The notes under the pieces: generated by a model
Seen by the model: the letters and a program-made list of their open reading frames with translations, nothing else
What the model was told of the DNA's origin: nothing
Databases searched by the model: none
Virus record (IMG/VR): IMGVR_UViG_3300036852_000023
Location: 1 to 54,181 of that record
Source of the DNA: a virus
Taxonomy: Duplodnaviria; Caudoviricetes
Direction: 5' to 3' (one strand)
DNA: 54,181 nt
Made by a program: the position numbers and the translations under genes
Shown here: one piece after another, positions 18,159 to 27,269 of the stretch
How the letters are laid out: the number at the start of each line of letters is the position of its first letter
How positions within the stretch are numbered: position 1 is the stretch's first letter

Positions 18159-19000
18159 AAAGCATATCTGCCGCACTTGAAGCGCATTATGCTAGCGGCT
18201 CGCTAACGATCGCGAAGCTTTGGAAAGTCACGCGCATCGATGGGCAGGTTTTTGGCTTTACAAATATTGACAGAGATATTGTTTATCTCGGCATAACTTA
18301 TGAATCATCAACAGGGATTGAACCTAGCGCATTGCAGAGTAATGCTAGCTTTGCTGTAGATAATCTAGAGATGAAAGGGTTTCTCGCTGGTGCATCTTTG
18401 ACGGCGGCTGAAATCAATGCTGGCCGGTGGGATTATGCCGCGCTAGAGGAATTCGAGGTTAACTGGAAAGATTTGACCATGGGCCATTTAATTGGCCCTA
18501 AAGGCAAGCTAGGCCAAATCGTAAATGGACGCACCACGTTTACAGTTGAGTTCCGGGGAATGGCGCAGGCATTTACCCATGTCATTGGCGAATTGTATGG
18601 CCCTGGATGCCGTGCTGATCTATATGACGCTAGATGCATGGTAAATCCTGCCGCATTCACTTTTACCGATTCTGTTGATACCGTTACATCAAATCGCACT
18701 ATCGCCGCATCTGCATTGACTCAAGCCAATGGATATTTTAATGCCGGCAAAATCACTTTCACCAGTGGCTTAAACAACGGCTTATCCATGGAGGTGAAAT
18801 CATACACCGTCGGCGTGCTCGTTCTCCAATTGCCAATGCCTTACGCGATTGCTGTTGGCGATACATTCAGCGTGCGGCGTGGGTGCAATAAGATTGGGCG
18901 CCTAGGTGATTGCAAGCTTGTGTTCAACAATTATGTAAATTTCCGTGGTGAGGAAGATTTACCAGGCCTAGACAAAATCCTTGAGGTGGGCGGGCGATGA
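18155..19000 (+). CDS. Baseplate hub (DUF2163/BR0599, GTA-like)
   Basis: WKVTRIDG..FGFT..DRD, CRADLYDARC, GCNK...C...FNN..NFRG (Fe-S cysteines). Confidence 0.9.
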   Translation: MKSISAALEAHYASGSLTIAKLWKVTRIDGQVFGFTNIDRDIVYLGITYESSTGIEPSALQSNASFAVDNLEMKGFLAGASLTAAEINAGRWDYAALEEFEVNWKDLTMGHLIGPKGKLGQIVNGRTTFTVEFRGMAQAFTHVIGELYGPGCRADLYDARCMVNPAAFTFTDSVDTVTSNRTIAASALTQANGYFNAGKITFTSGLNNGLSMEVKSYTVGVLVLQLPMPYAIAVGDTFSVRRGCNKIGRLGDCKLVFNNYVNFRGEEDLPGLDKILEVGGR

Positions 19001-19398
19001 CGACTAGACAAGACGTTGTAGATGCGGCCCGAAAATATAATGGCGTACGCTGGCACCATCAAGGCCGGTCTATGGCAGGTATTGATTGCGTTGGGCTTGT
19101 GATTAAGGTCGCTCATGATTTGGGATTGAGCGACTTTGATGAAACAGGCTATGGTCGTCTGCCTGAAGGTAAGCGGCTTTTATCCGGTCTTAATGCCCAT
19201 ATGGATCGCGTGAAAGATTATCAAATGGGGGATGTGCTGCTAATGCGGTTCCAGACTGATCCCCAGCATCTGGCAATCGTGACTGATGTCGGGATTATTC
19301 ATGCTCTCACCCAAGGCCGTAAGGTGTTGGAGCACAGCCTTGATGATATTTGGCGCGCGCGCATCATAGCTGCCTATTCTTTCAGAGGGCTTGAATAA
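18997..19398 (+). CDS. NlpC/P60 tail-associated peptidase
   Basis: HQGR..G.DCVGL catalytic Cys; HLAI..IIHA. Confidence 0.9.
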   Translation: MTTRQDVVDAARKYNGVRWHHQGRSMAGIDCVGLVIKVAHDLGLSDFDETGYGRLPEGKRLLSGLNAHMDRVKDYQMGDVLLMRFQTDPQHLAIVTDVGIIHALTQGRKVLEHSLDDIWRARIIAAYSFRGLE

Positions 19399-22300
19399 TG
19401 TCAGGTCGTCTTATTGGTGGTGTAATTGGTGCTGTAATTGGATTCTATTTTGGCGGACCAGCGGGAGCGGCCCAAGGCTTTGCCATTGGATCAACCCTTG
19501 GCGGCCTGTTATTCCCCGGCAAACTGCCTGATGTCTATGGCCCACGCCTTACTGACTTAAAATTACAAGTCTCAACCTATGGGACTATGATCCCAATCTA
19601 TTTCGGTACCAATCGCGGTGCAGGTAACGTGATTTGGAAAACCGATATGGTTGAAACGGAACATACCGAAGAACAAGGCGGCAAGGGTGGCCCGACGCAG
19701 GATTTTCACACATACACCTATTCAGCTAGCTGGGCTATTAGCCTATGTGAAGGGCCAATAGTTGGCGTGCGTAAGATTTGGGCTGATAGTTTTCTAATTT
19801 ATGACGCATCAACGACAAATACGGGCATTTCGTATGCGCCGAGTATTATTAATGGCACGCAAGTAGTATCGACAGGCACACAGTCAATACCTGGCATGAC
19901 CGTCTATCTGGGCACAGAAACACAATTGCCTGACCCGACCATGGAGGCTCATTTCGGCGTCGGCAACGTGACGGCTTATCGTGGGCAGGCCTATATTGTG
20001 ATGACTGACTTTCAATTGGAAAAGTTCGGCAATCGCATGCCAGGCTTCAGTTTTGAAGTGGTTACAGAAGGTTCATTTGGCGATGTAATTTCTTACTACA
20101 CATCAAATAATGAGCTTGATTCAATAGTATATAACCCGCTTCTGAATGAGGTTTGGGTTTCCACGTCTCAAGATGCAGACGTAACTGAGCCAGCATTGAC
20201 TCGCATCAATGCTAATACCGGAGCTGTCGTAGGTTCAACAAGTGTCGGTGAATTTGTATCGTTCTACACTCCGATGATATACGACGAATTTGATCGTGCA
20301 GTGTGGGCATATGCTGCTGGTGGTATCAATAAGATTTATAAGTTTGATGCTGGAACTGGCGCATTCTTATTCAGTGCATCTCAAACAGATAATCAAGGCA
20401 TATATCTAAACCCATTTGATGGGTCTTTGTGGATCAAAAACACAAACAAGGTTACGCAAGTCAATAAAGACACTGGCGCAGCTATTTCTGTATCGGCTGC
20501 ACTAGGCTTCAATATTTACGATCTAACCTTTGCGACTGAAAACCAAGGGCGTAGATTTACGCCTGGCGGCGATACATTCATTGGGAACATTTATCTAACA
20601 TCTAACACTGTTGCGACTAATAAAAATCTGTATCGATACGACAGAACCAGTGCTGGTGTTGAATTGGTTTATACCGATGGGTCTACGCTCACAAACATGG
20701 CGTATGACACGACTAGAAACACGATATGGATTTTGCGTAATAGTGCCACGGCCATGGAATTTGACCCTGAATTTAGGGTAGCAACTGGCGATACGATAAC
20801 TATGGCTGTTGTTCCAACCGGAGGTGTTGGGTCATTTGTCTACGATGCCAATAGAGATATGCTTTGGGCTAGCCGTAGTTCGACCAATACGATTACTGGT
20901 AGCGCAGTATCAACGGGTACTGTTTATAAAACAGTATCTGGCTTAACTTTCAGCCCAACGATATTGCAACCGACATCATTTGCTATGTTTGCAAATGGTA
21001 CGAATATCGATGGTGAAGTCATCAAGATTATTTTTGATCGGCTGACGCCTGGTACGGTTCCATTAAGCGATGTATTAACCTCTATTTCTGAGAGAACCAC
21101 GCAACTTACGGCTTCTGACATTGATGTTACAGGGCAGACTTCTGTCATCGTTGATGGGTATACGATCACGCGTCAATCGCCTGCCCGTGCATGTATTGAG
21201 CAGCTTCAATCAGCATACTTTTTCGATGGTGTGGAATCTGATGGCAAGGCGAAATTCGTCAATCGTGGCGGCACATCTGCGGTAACTATCCCTACCGAAG
21301 ACATTGCAGCCTATCAGGCATACGGAGAAATTCCAGACGATATTGTTATTACCCGTGCGCAGGAAGTTGAACTCCCGAAAGAGGTCAATGTAACTTACAT
21401 TGCAAAAAGTGCTGATTATCAAACCGGAGCACAGCAGAGCCGCCGCTTAGTTGGTGCCGCCGGTCAGGTAACGACTGTTGAATTGCCTATCGTTCTGACT
21501 GACGATAAAGCGCGGCAAATATCTGAAATATCCATGTACAACGCGTGGACGTCGCGCACTGCCTACGAGTTCAGCACGAACCTAAAATACATCAAATACG
21601 AGCCGACCGATATTGTCACTATCGGGAATAAGACCATTCGATTGCTCGAAAAAGAAGAACAACAGGGAATTATCAAATGGAAAGGCCAGGCCGAAGAAAT
21701 TGAAGTCTATTCTCAAGCTGTAACAGGCGTGACGACTAGTTACATACCGCAAACTATTACTGAAACTGTAGCGACAGATTTGATGCTGCTGGATATCCCG
21801 ATGCTGCGTGATTCTGATGATGACGCAGGGTTTTACGCTACGGCAACAGGCTATCGTAGTGGGTGGAATGGTGCGGTATTGTTCAAATCAAATGATGATG
21901 GTGCCAGCTATACCGAAGTGCTCTCACTGACGAACGGTGCTGGAATTGGCTCGGCAACAACGGTGCTTGGCGATTTCTTCGGCGGGAATACATTTGATGA
22001 GGCAAACACTGTAACCGTATCATTGTTGGCTGGGGCGACGTTATCTAGTGCTACCGAATTGGCCGTGTTGAATGGCGGCAATGCTGCGTTGATTGGTGAT
22101 GAAATCATTCAATACAAAACCGCAACGCTAAACGGCGATGGCAGTTACACGATTAGCGGCCTGCTACGTGGCCGCCGTGGCACTGAATGGGCCATGAGCA
22201 CGCATATTGCTGGTGATCGATTCGTGGCGCTATCTAGCAGTACGCTGCGGCGTGTGCCGGCAACTACAGCGGAAATAGGCCTACAGCGTGTTTATAAGGG

Positions 22301-22700
22301 CGTGTCCATTGGTTCATCGCTATCAGATACAACAGCGCAGACATTCACCAATGCAGCCGAAGGGCTTGAATGCTATTCGCCTGTACAATTGGGCGGTGGC
22401 CGCGATGCTTCTGGAAACATAACCATCAATTGGGTGCGCCGTACTCGCATTGGCGGCGAATGGCGTGATTTGGTAGATGTGCCGTTGGGCGAATCGACTG
22501 AATCATACGAAGTAGAGATTTGGAACAGCACATTTACTACTTTGAAACGAACCATAACTGGCATAACCAGCGCGACTACATCTTATAGCTCCGCTAATCA
22601 GGTTACGGATTTTGGAAGTAATCAAGCAACAATTTATGTTCGAGTTTACCAATTGTCGGCCAATGTCGGCAGAGGTGTTAAGCTTCAGGGGACGGTTTAA
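19398..22700 (+). CDS. Tail tip / host-specificity protein (GTA megatron-like) with a beta-propeller-like insert
   Basis: GPRL.DL..Q.STYG..IP, AYRG.AY, FGNR.P.F.FEV, LLRGRRGTE, W.RRTR.GG.W.D..DVPLGE..E.YEVEI. Confidence 0.9.
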   Translation: MSGRLIGGVIGAVIGFYFGGPAGAAQGFAIGSTLGGLLFPGKLPDVYGPRLTDLKLQVSTYGTMIPIYFGTNRGAGNVIWKTDMVETEHTEEQGGKGGPTQDFHTYTYSASWAISLCEGPIVGVRKIWADSFLIYDASTTNTGISYAPSIINGTQVVSTGTQSIPGMTVYLGTETQLPDPTMEAHFGVGNVTAYRGQAYIVMTDFQLEKFGNRMPGFSFEVVTEGSFGDVISYYTSNNELDSIVYNPLLNEVWVSTSQDADVTEPALTRINANTGAVVGSTSVGEFVSFYTPMIYDEFDRAVWAYAAGGINKIYKFDAGTGAFLFSASQTDNQGIYLNPFDGSLWIKNTNKVTQVNKDTGAAISVSAALGFNIYDLTFATENQGRRFTPGGDTFIGNIYLTSNTVATNKNLYRYDRTSAGVELVYTDGSTLTNMAYDTTRNTIWILRNSATAMEFDPEFRVATGDTITMAVVPTGGVGSFVYDANRDMLWASRSSTNTITGSAVSTGTVYKTVSGLTFSPTILQPTSFAMFANGTNIDGEVIKIIFDRLTPGTVPLSDVLTSISERTTQLTASDIDVTGQTSVIVDGYTITRQSPARACIEQLQSAYFFDGVESDGKAKFVNRGGTSAVTIPTEDIAAYQAYGEIPDDIVITRAQEVELPKEVNVTYIAKSADYQTGAQQSRRLVGAAGQVTTVELPIVLTDDKARQISEISMYNAWTSRTAYEFSTNLKYIKYEPTDIVTIGNKTIRLLEKEEQQGIIKWKGQAEEIEVYSQAVTGVTTSYIPQTITETVATDLMLLDIPMLRDSDDDAGFYATATGYRSGWNGAVLFKSNDDGASYTEVLSLTNGAGIGSATTVLGDFFGGNTFDEANTVTVSLLAGATLSSATELAVLNGGNAALIGDEIIQYKTATLNGDGSYTISGLLRGRRGTEWAMSTHIAGDRFVALSSSTLRRVPATTAEIGLQRVYKGVSIGSSLSDTTAQTFTNAAEGLECYSPVQLGGGRDASGNITINWVRRTRIGGEWRDLVDVPLGESTESYEVEIWNSTFTTLKRTITGITSATTSYSSANQVTDFGSNQATIYVRVYQLSANVGRGVKLQGTV

Positions 22701-23347
22701 TGGCAAATAGCACTACGAATTTGGATTTGATTAGCTCAAGCCAATCGGGAAAAGAAACCACGGCCAATGCCGGATCCGATGCGAGCTCGCCAGCGACTGC
22801 ATTTGGCAGACGCGCATCTACTACTGCTGGGCTGACGTGGGGATATCTGGGCGGGACATTATGGGTTGATGGCGTACTAACTCAAATCGCCAATGGAACA
22901 GTTGCATTAACAGCCAGCACAACGAATTACGTTGAACGAACACGTGCTGGCGTAGTGAGCAAGAATACGACCGGCTTTACTGCTGGGCAAATCCCGCTAT
23001 ATCAAATCGTAACAGGCGCATCTACGATCACCAGCTATACCGATTACCGCCTGAGCAATACGCCGTTTACTGGTCGTCTAGTCCTTGCGATGGCCGATGC
23101 AAATAAGACGCTAACCGAAGCACAGGCAGCGAATCAGATTATTGAATTGACGGGCGCATTGACCGCGCTACGTGACGTTATAGTGCCTCTAGCGGTGCAA
23201 CAATGGACGATATTTGCTAATGTGACTGGCGGCTTTGGCGTGCGGATTATCGGTGCAACCGGGACGGGCATTACGATTGCTGATGGGAAACGGGCTATTT
23301 GCTACAGCGATAATACAAACGTAGTTCGCGCAACTGCTGATGTATAA
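22700..23347 (+). CDS. Tail fibre / receptor-binding-associated protein
   Basis: LDLI..SQ.GKE.TAN N-terminus, TTAGLTWGY.GG; follows tail tip. Confidence 0.7.
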   Translation: MANSTTNLDLISSSQSGKETTANAGSDASSPATAFGRRASTTAGLTWGYLGGTLWVDGVLTQIANGTVALTASTTNYVERTRAGVVSKNTTGFTAGQIPLYQIVTGASTITSYTDYRLSNTPFTGRLVLAMADANKTLTEAQAANQIIELTGALTALRDVIVPLAVQQWTIFANVTGGFGVRIIGATGTGITIADGKRAICYSDNTNVVRATADV

Positions 23348-23446
23348 TGCATAAAATGCGCGAATAATCAATACATTCAGGAAATAATCCGCCTATTACG
23401 CTACAATAGAGTGTTAATAATTATGTCTAATGTCGAGGCCAGACCA

Positions 23447-23623
23447 ATGCAGCAAGAAATCGCTAGCGCCGCCGTAAGAGTGGCCCCGTCATTTGGTACC
23501 GCTGCATGGTCAATCTTTGGGCTGCCGTGGGGTTCAATAGCCGCCATGCTTGGCTCAATCTATACCATCCTGATGATTAGTTTTTTGATCTATGATCGGT
23601 TCTTTAAGGTAGATAAAAAGTGA
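23447..23623 (+). CDS. Putative holin or antiholin
   Basis: Small hydrophobic protein with basic C-terminus immediately before the endolysin. Confidence 0.65.
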   Translation: MQQEIASAAVRVAPSFGTAAWSIFGLPWGSIAAMLGSIYTILMISFLIYDRFFKVDKK

Positions 23624-24084
23624 GGCGCGTCGGTAAGGCAGCGGCAGGTTCAGCCATCATCGTAGCTATTTGCTACTTTGTGACGCCGCAAGAGGGCTTA
23701 ATTACCCGTGCCTACCGTGACCCGGCTAATATCCTGACTATCTGCATTGGCGAAACTGAAGGCGTAAAGCCTGGGGACGTAAAGACCAAGGCAGAATGTC
23801 AGGAGATGCTAGCCAAGCGCCTACCGACTTATCTACAGGCTGTTGATGAATCTGTGGATAAGCCAATGCCTGACAATCGGCGCATTGCTTTGACCGACTT
23901 CGCGTATAACTGCGGCATCCGCTGCTACCAGAAGTCCAGCATCCCGAAATTGCTGAATGCTGGCAAAGTCACTGAGGCTTGTAACAAACTTTCGCTGTAC
24001 GTCTGGGCCGGGAACCCTAAGCGCAAACTGCCAGGCCTTGTAAAGCGCCGCGAAAAGGAGCGCCAGCTATGTTTAAGCTCGTAG
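23620..24084 (+). CDS. Endolysin, GH24 lysozyme with probable SAR anchor
   Basis: EG....YRDP...TIC.G.T catalytic triad, FAYNCG, LPGLVKRR..E; N-terminal hydrophobic Ala/Gly segment. Confidence 0.92.
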   Translation: MRRVGKAAAGSAIIVAICYFVTPQEGLITRAYRDPANILTICIGETEGVKPGDVKTKAECQEMLAKRLPTYLQAVDESVDKPMPDNRRIALTDFAYNCGIRCYQKSSIPKLLNAGKVTEACNKLSLYVWAGNPKRKLPGLVKRREKERQLCLSS

Positions 24085-24293
24085 ACGGTGCGCACCTATG
24101 GCACAAGTTGTGGTCGGTGAGGCTTGGCATCCTATCCGCCGTGCTAGGCGTCCTGGCGGAGGTTCTACCGATGTGGTTTCCTGATGTACCATATCGCACC
24201 ATGGCGCTGATTAGCACGCTGTTGGCGGCGGCTGCGGCCATAGCCAGCCTCATTAAGCAACCGAAACTTCTCGAAGCTCTGAAGGATAAATAA
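24069..24293 (+). CDS. Putative holin (two TM helices)
   Basis: KLV...W.KLWSVRL...A.L.KQPKL pattern. Confidence 0.7.
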   Translation: MFKLVDGAHLWHKLWSVRLGILSAVLGVLAEVLPMWFPDVPYRTMALISTLLAAAAAIASLIKQPKLLEALKDK

Positions 24294-24294
24294 T

Positions 24295-24618
24295 ATGTGG
24301 TCAGTCAAAGCCAATGTGAAAGCTCCGCACAGATTCATGCGCATGGGCGCAAAATGCTGGATCACTAACGCGAATTACGGCGGTGCAGCGGATAAGATAG
24401 AAATCGTTGGATTATCACGAAGCGGCAGACAAGTACGCACATGGATTGATAGCCGAGACTTGATAAACTTCCGCCCAGGCTGGGTAACTGATGACAGCGA
24501 TTACAAGTTATTTGTAGATAAAGCCGATGCGCAGAAATTATGCGATTGGCTAAATAAGGCATACGGCAATCAGCCAATCCGCGAACATGCGGCCAAATTC
24601 GGAGCCAGCCATGCTTAG
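24295..24618 (+). CDS. Hypothetical soluble protein inside the lysis cassette
   Basis: 107-aa ORF, AAGGA RBS, coupled to Rz. Confidence 0.65.
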   Translation: MWSVKANVKAPHRFMRMGAKCWITNANYGGAADKIEIVGLSRSGRQVRTWIDSRDLINFRPGWVTDDSDYKLFVDKADAQKLCDWLNKAYGNQPIREHAAKFGASHA

Positions 24619-25009
24619 AGACTTTGCGGTTCCTGAATTAATTTGGCTAAAGGTGATTGGTGTCCTAGTGCTAGTGGCCACTATCTTTGGTGCTGGCTTC
24701 TACTTGCGCGGCATGAAAGCAGACCGCGATATTGCCAAAATCACCGCAAAGCACGAAGGCGAGCGCGCAACAGCAAACGCTTTAGCACTTTCAAGCACAT
24801 CCGACCGTATCGACAAAATAAACGTCGCCGCCAAACAAAGTCTTGAAGATGTGCAGGCTTTGAATGGCAAACTCGCGGCACTCGCCGCTGAAAGAAAAAC
24901 TTATGTCGCATCGCATCCTATGCCTGCTAATTGCTATCCCGACTCTGTTCGCCTGCAGCAGCTTGAAGCCCAGCGAACGGCTAGTAATAGCGCCCTATCC
25001 GCCCCTTGA
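24611..25009 (+). CDS. Rz-like i-spanin
   Basis: N-terminal TM helix followed by coiled coil; GGAG RBS; overlaps Rz1. Confidence 0.8.
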   Translation: MLRDFAVPELIWLKVIGVLVLVATIFGAGFYLRGMKADRDIAKITAKHEGERATANALALSSTSDRIDKINVAAKQSLEDVQALNGKLAALAAERKTYVASHPMPANCYPDSVRLQQLEAQRTASNSALSAP

Positions 25010-25157
25010 TGCCTCGCTGGCCGCGCCGTGCCCAGCAATCCCAGCGCCTGACGCAGCCTCATACGACGCATGGCAAGACGCCTATATGGCGCTGATGGGC
25101 CAGTACGTTATTTGCGCAAGGCAGAAAGCAGCGATTGTGAAGGTTTGGCCGAAATAG
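24903..25157 (+). CDS. Rz1-like o-spanin lipoprotein
   Basis: Lipobox LFAC, Pro-rich, starts inside Rz in another frame. Confidence 0.8.
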   Translation: MSHRILCLLIAIPTLFACSSLKPSERLVIAPYPPLDASLAAPCPAIPAPDAASYDAWQDAYMALMGQYVICARQKAAIVKVWPK

Positions 25158-25371
25158 GCTCAAATTTCTCACCCATCAACGTAAGCCACCAATACTCAAA
25201 CTGTTCCCACGCAGCCTGCAAGTTATGCCCGTAGCCTTCAATCAGCGTATGGCCTAGCGGCTCCGTTTTGTTGCCGAAATAGTGCCACGGGGCCATCATG
25301 CTGACCTTATACCGGCCTCGCTTTACTTCATGCCTAATCTTCGGCTTCTTCGCATGGGTAGATTGGTCCAA
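25108..25371 (-). CDS. Hypothetical protein (start uncertain)
   Basis: Last ORF of the leftward arm. Confidence 0.4.
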   Translation of the reverse strand: MDQSTHAKKPKIRHEVKRGRYKVSMMAPWHYFGNKTEPLGHTLIEGYGHNLQAAWEQFEYWWLTLMGEKFEPISAKPSQSLLSALRK

Positions 25372-25519
25372 TGAAATATCCCCCCATCAATTTTATTTCA
25401 GCCGGACGATTTACCGGATCAAAATATTCAGGCTGCCATGCATCCTCATGACGGAATCGCCACCAGTACCAGCCAGCGGTGATGACTTCCTTAGCGGTCT
25501 TAATCATTTTTCTTGGCAT
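25334..25519 (-). CDS. Hypothetical protein (GWYWWR...G.FIGPI type)
   Basis: Coupled ORF; resembles 29225-29398. Confidence 0.6.
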   Translation of the reverse strand: MPRKMIKTAKEVITAGWYWWRFRHEDAWQPEYFDPVNRPAEIKLMGGYFIGPIYPCEEAED

Positions 25520-25697
25520 AGAATTTTTTCATAGCATCAAGCACTCTTGATAATGTAGCCGGATTTTCTAGCCTTAAGCGGATGGTGCCTTTATCAGAAT
25601 TGATTTCAATATGTTCGCTATTTGCCTCAAGCAATTTATATAAGCGTTGTGCTTCATCTGTCATTTTATGTCTAAACAGATTCATTACTATCTCCAT
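25500..25697 (-). CDS. Hypothetical protein
   Basis: ORF in the leftward run. Confidence 0.55.
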   Translation of the reverse strand: MEIVMNLFRHKMTDEAQRLYKLLEANSEHIEINSDKGTIRLRLENPATLSRVLDAMKKFYAKKND

Positions 25698-25708
25698 TCT
25701 GCTGGCGG

Positions 25709-25975
25709 TTAATCGACATAATCAGGTCCGCCAATCCCGCCTTGTAGCTTCGCGGATTTGATCTGAGCAATTGATTCCATTAAGCGATCAGCATTCTTTG
25801 GGTTGCCCAATAAATACAACGTTTCCTGTGCAGACTGAACCACCGCGCGCAAACGCTCAATCTCGTCGCAAATATTGACCATATCCGCAACATCAATCTC
25901 CGCCACAGAATAGCCAAACGATACGAACTGCACGATCTGTTCACGTATTTTGCCAATATCAACACTTTTGTTCAT
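25709..25975 (-). CDS. 88-aa protein with a YefM antitoxin-like C-terminal segment
   Basis: QETLYLLGNPKNADRLMESIAQIKS; ATGA coupling to the upstream gene and GGAGG RBS support start 25975. Confidence 0.7.
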   Translation of the reverse strand: MNKSVDIGKIREQIVQFVSFGYSVAEIDVADMVNICDEIERLRAVVQSAQETLYLLGNPKNADRLMESIAQIKSAKLQGGIGGPDYVD

Positions 25976-26229
25976 GCGTTTGCCTCCAGCATTTCCACCA
26001 CTTTCATAACTGCCCATTCCAATGCAGCTTCCGCCCCGCCATGGTCTGCATAGCGCGTAGTAACGCGGTCTAGGATGGTCGGATGCCATACGCTGACCTT
26101 TCCTTGGCTGATGTGATGATGAACATCCAACTGATGCTTGCAGATGAGCCGTGAGGGCGTGTCATGGCCATCGGTTGAGATGTTCAGGTCTGCTATATCG
26201 TCCTGTTTAATTGCTTCCCAATAGCTCAT
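25972..26229 (-). CDS. Hypothetical protein
   Basis: ATGA-coupled ORF. Confidence 0.65.
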   Translation of the reverse strand: MSYWEAIKQDDIADLNISTDGHDTPSRLICKHQLDVHHHISQGKVSVWHPTILDRVTTRYADHGGAEAALEWAVMKVVEMLEANA

Positions 26230-26576
26230 GGCGTGGCCTCATGAATGGCAAAATCAACAGCATCATTTACAGACCTTGCTAGGGATTCGCAATCATCCGG
26301 GAAATCAACGCTATTCCCTTCTGGCTCACAAAGCATTACATATCCAAAGCCGTTCACAATAAGGATGTTGATTTCCCATTCTTCTGGCAGTTCATCGCCA
26401 GCACGCTGAGTAGCAATATGTAGTTCAGCATCCGCCTTCAGCGCCGCATTCTCAGCCATCAGCTCGCGGATATGCTTGCATAGATCAAGAGACGTAAGTG
26501 CACCAACGACACCATTCACATTATGGATGTCATCCAGTGATAAGTTGCCTGTTCCATATTTTCTGTCCTCTCGCAT
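26226..26576 (-). CDS. Hypothetical protein (Ea22-like coiled coil)
   Basis: AAGGAGG RBS; LMAENAALKADAE. Confidence 0.65.
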   Translation of the reverse strand: MREDRKYGTGNLSLDDIHNVNGVVGALTSLDLCKHIRELMAENAALKADAELHIATQRAGDELPEEWEINILIVNGFGYVMLCEPEGNSVDFPDDCESLARSVNDAVDFAIHEATP

Positions 26577-26584
26577 CTCAATCC

Positions 26585-26655
26585 TCCTTATGCCAACAAA
26601 AATTGCAATCTGTCCTTATGCTATGCTAGTCTTTGACTGTTGGCAAGCATAAGGA
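26585..26655. promoter_or_regulatory. Divergent promoter region bounded by an imperfect inverted repeat
   Basis: tccttatgccaaca ... tgttggca(agca)taagga; ttgcaa and tagtct boxes in between. Confidence 0.55.
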
Positions 26656-26662
26656 ACAAATC

Positions 26663-26851
26663 ATGCGAAATGACCGCATCAAGACCCTGACTCTCTGCTA
26701 CGGCCAGAAGTGCCGCATCCGCGACGACTGCCTGCGCTACCGGGCAGAAAAGCATCCTCAGCAGCCTGGCGCGGCTGACTTCAGCCAGGTGGCCGAGTTC
26801 AAGCCAGCATCGCCTGAGTCATGTTCTATGTATCTCATCAATAAGGACTGA
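26663..26851 (+). CDS. Small Cys-rich protein
   Basis: C.G..C..RD.C.RY...C..Y; AAGGA RBS. Confidence 0.65.
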   Translation: MRNDRIKTLTLCYGQKCRIRDDCLRYRAEKHPQQPGAADFSQVAEFKPASPESCSMYLINKD

Positions 26852-26853
26852 CA

Positions 26854-27069
26854 ATGGATAATGGAACAGAAGGCGGATATGCCTGCATTGCAGATTTGCG
26901 ACGGGCCGAAGAATGCGCTAATCGAAATGCCAAAGATGCTGCACGATTCACCAAGCTTGCCCAACTTTTCGTTGATCATGCTATTTGCCTTGGCAAACAA
27001 CATCTTTATACGATTGATGATGTTCGCGGCGCACTGGACTACCTAATTGAACTGGATGCTGAAAAATGA
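26854..27069 (+). CDS. Hypothetical protein
   Basis: AAGGA RBS; coupled to neighbours. Confidence 0.6.
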   Translation: MDNGTEGGYACIADLRRAEECANRNAKDAARFTKLAQLFVDHAICLGKQHLYTIDDVRGALDYLIELDAEK

Positions 27070-27269
27070 GCTATGGATGCAAAGACAGGCCGCCACTCCA
27101 GCTAGTCCGTAAAATCCAAGACGGTTGGTATTCTGACGGGCGGCGTAAGATGAAGGTCATCCCTGATCCAATGAGTAAGGATTGTAGATACGCCGCCAAT
27201 GGGTATGCTGCAACCGACAAACAATGCATGGGGTGCATTCATGATAATGCTGCTAATCAAAAAGTGTGA
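27066..27269 (+). CDS. Small Cys-rich protein
   Basis: YGC.DRPP...QDGW...M..DC.Y...D..C.GC. Confidence 0.65.
   Translation: MSYGCKDRPPLQLVRKIQDGWYSDGRRKMKVIPDPMSKDCRYAANGYAATDKQCMGCIHDNAANQKV

Noticed and set aside
19398-23347. Diversity-generating retroelement or invertible tail-fibre system
   Set aside because: No reverse transcriptase, no invertase and no TR/VR-like duplicate noticed
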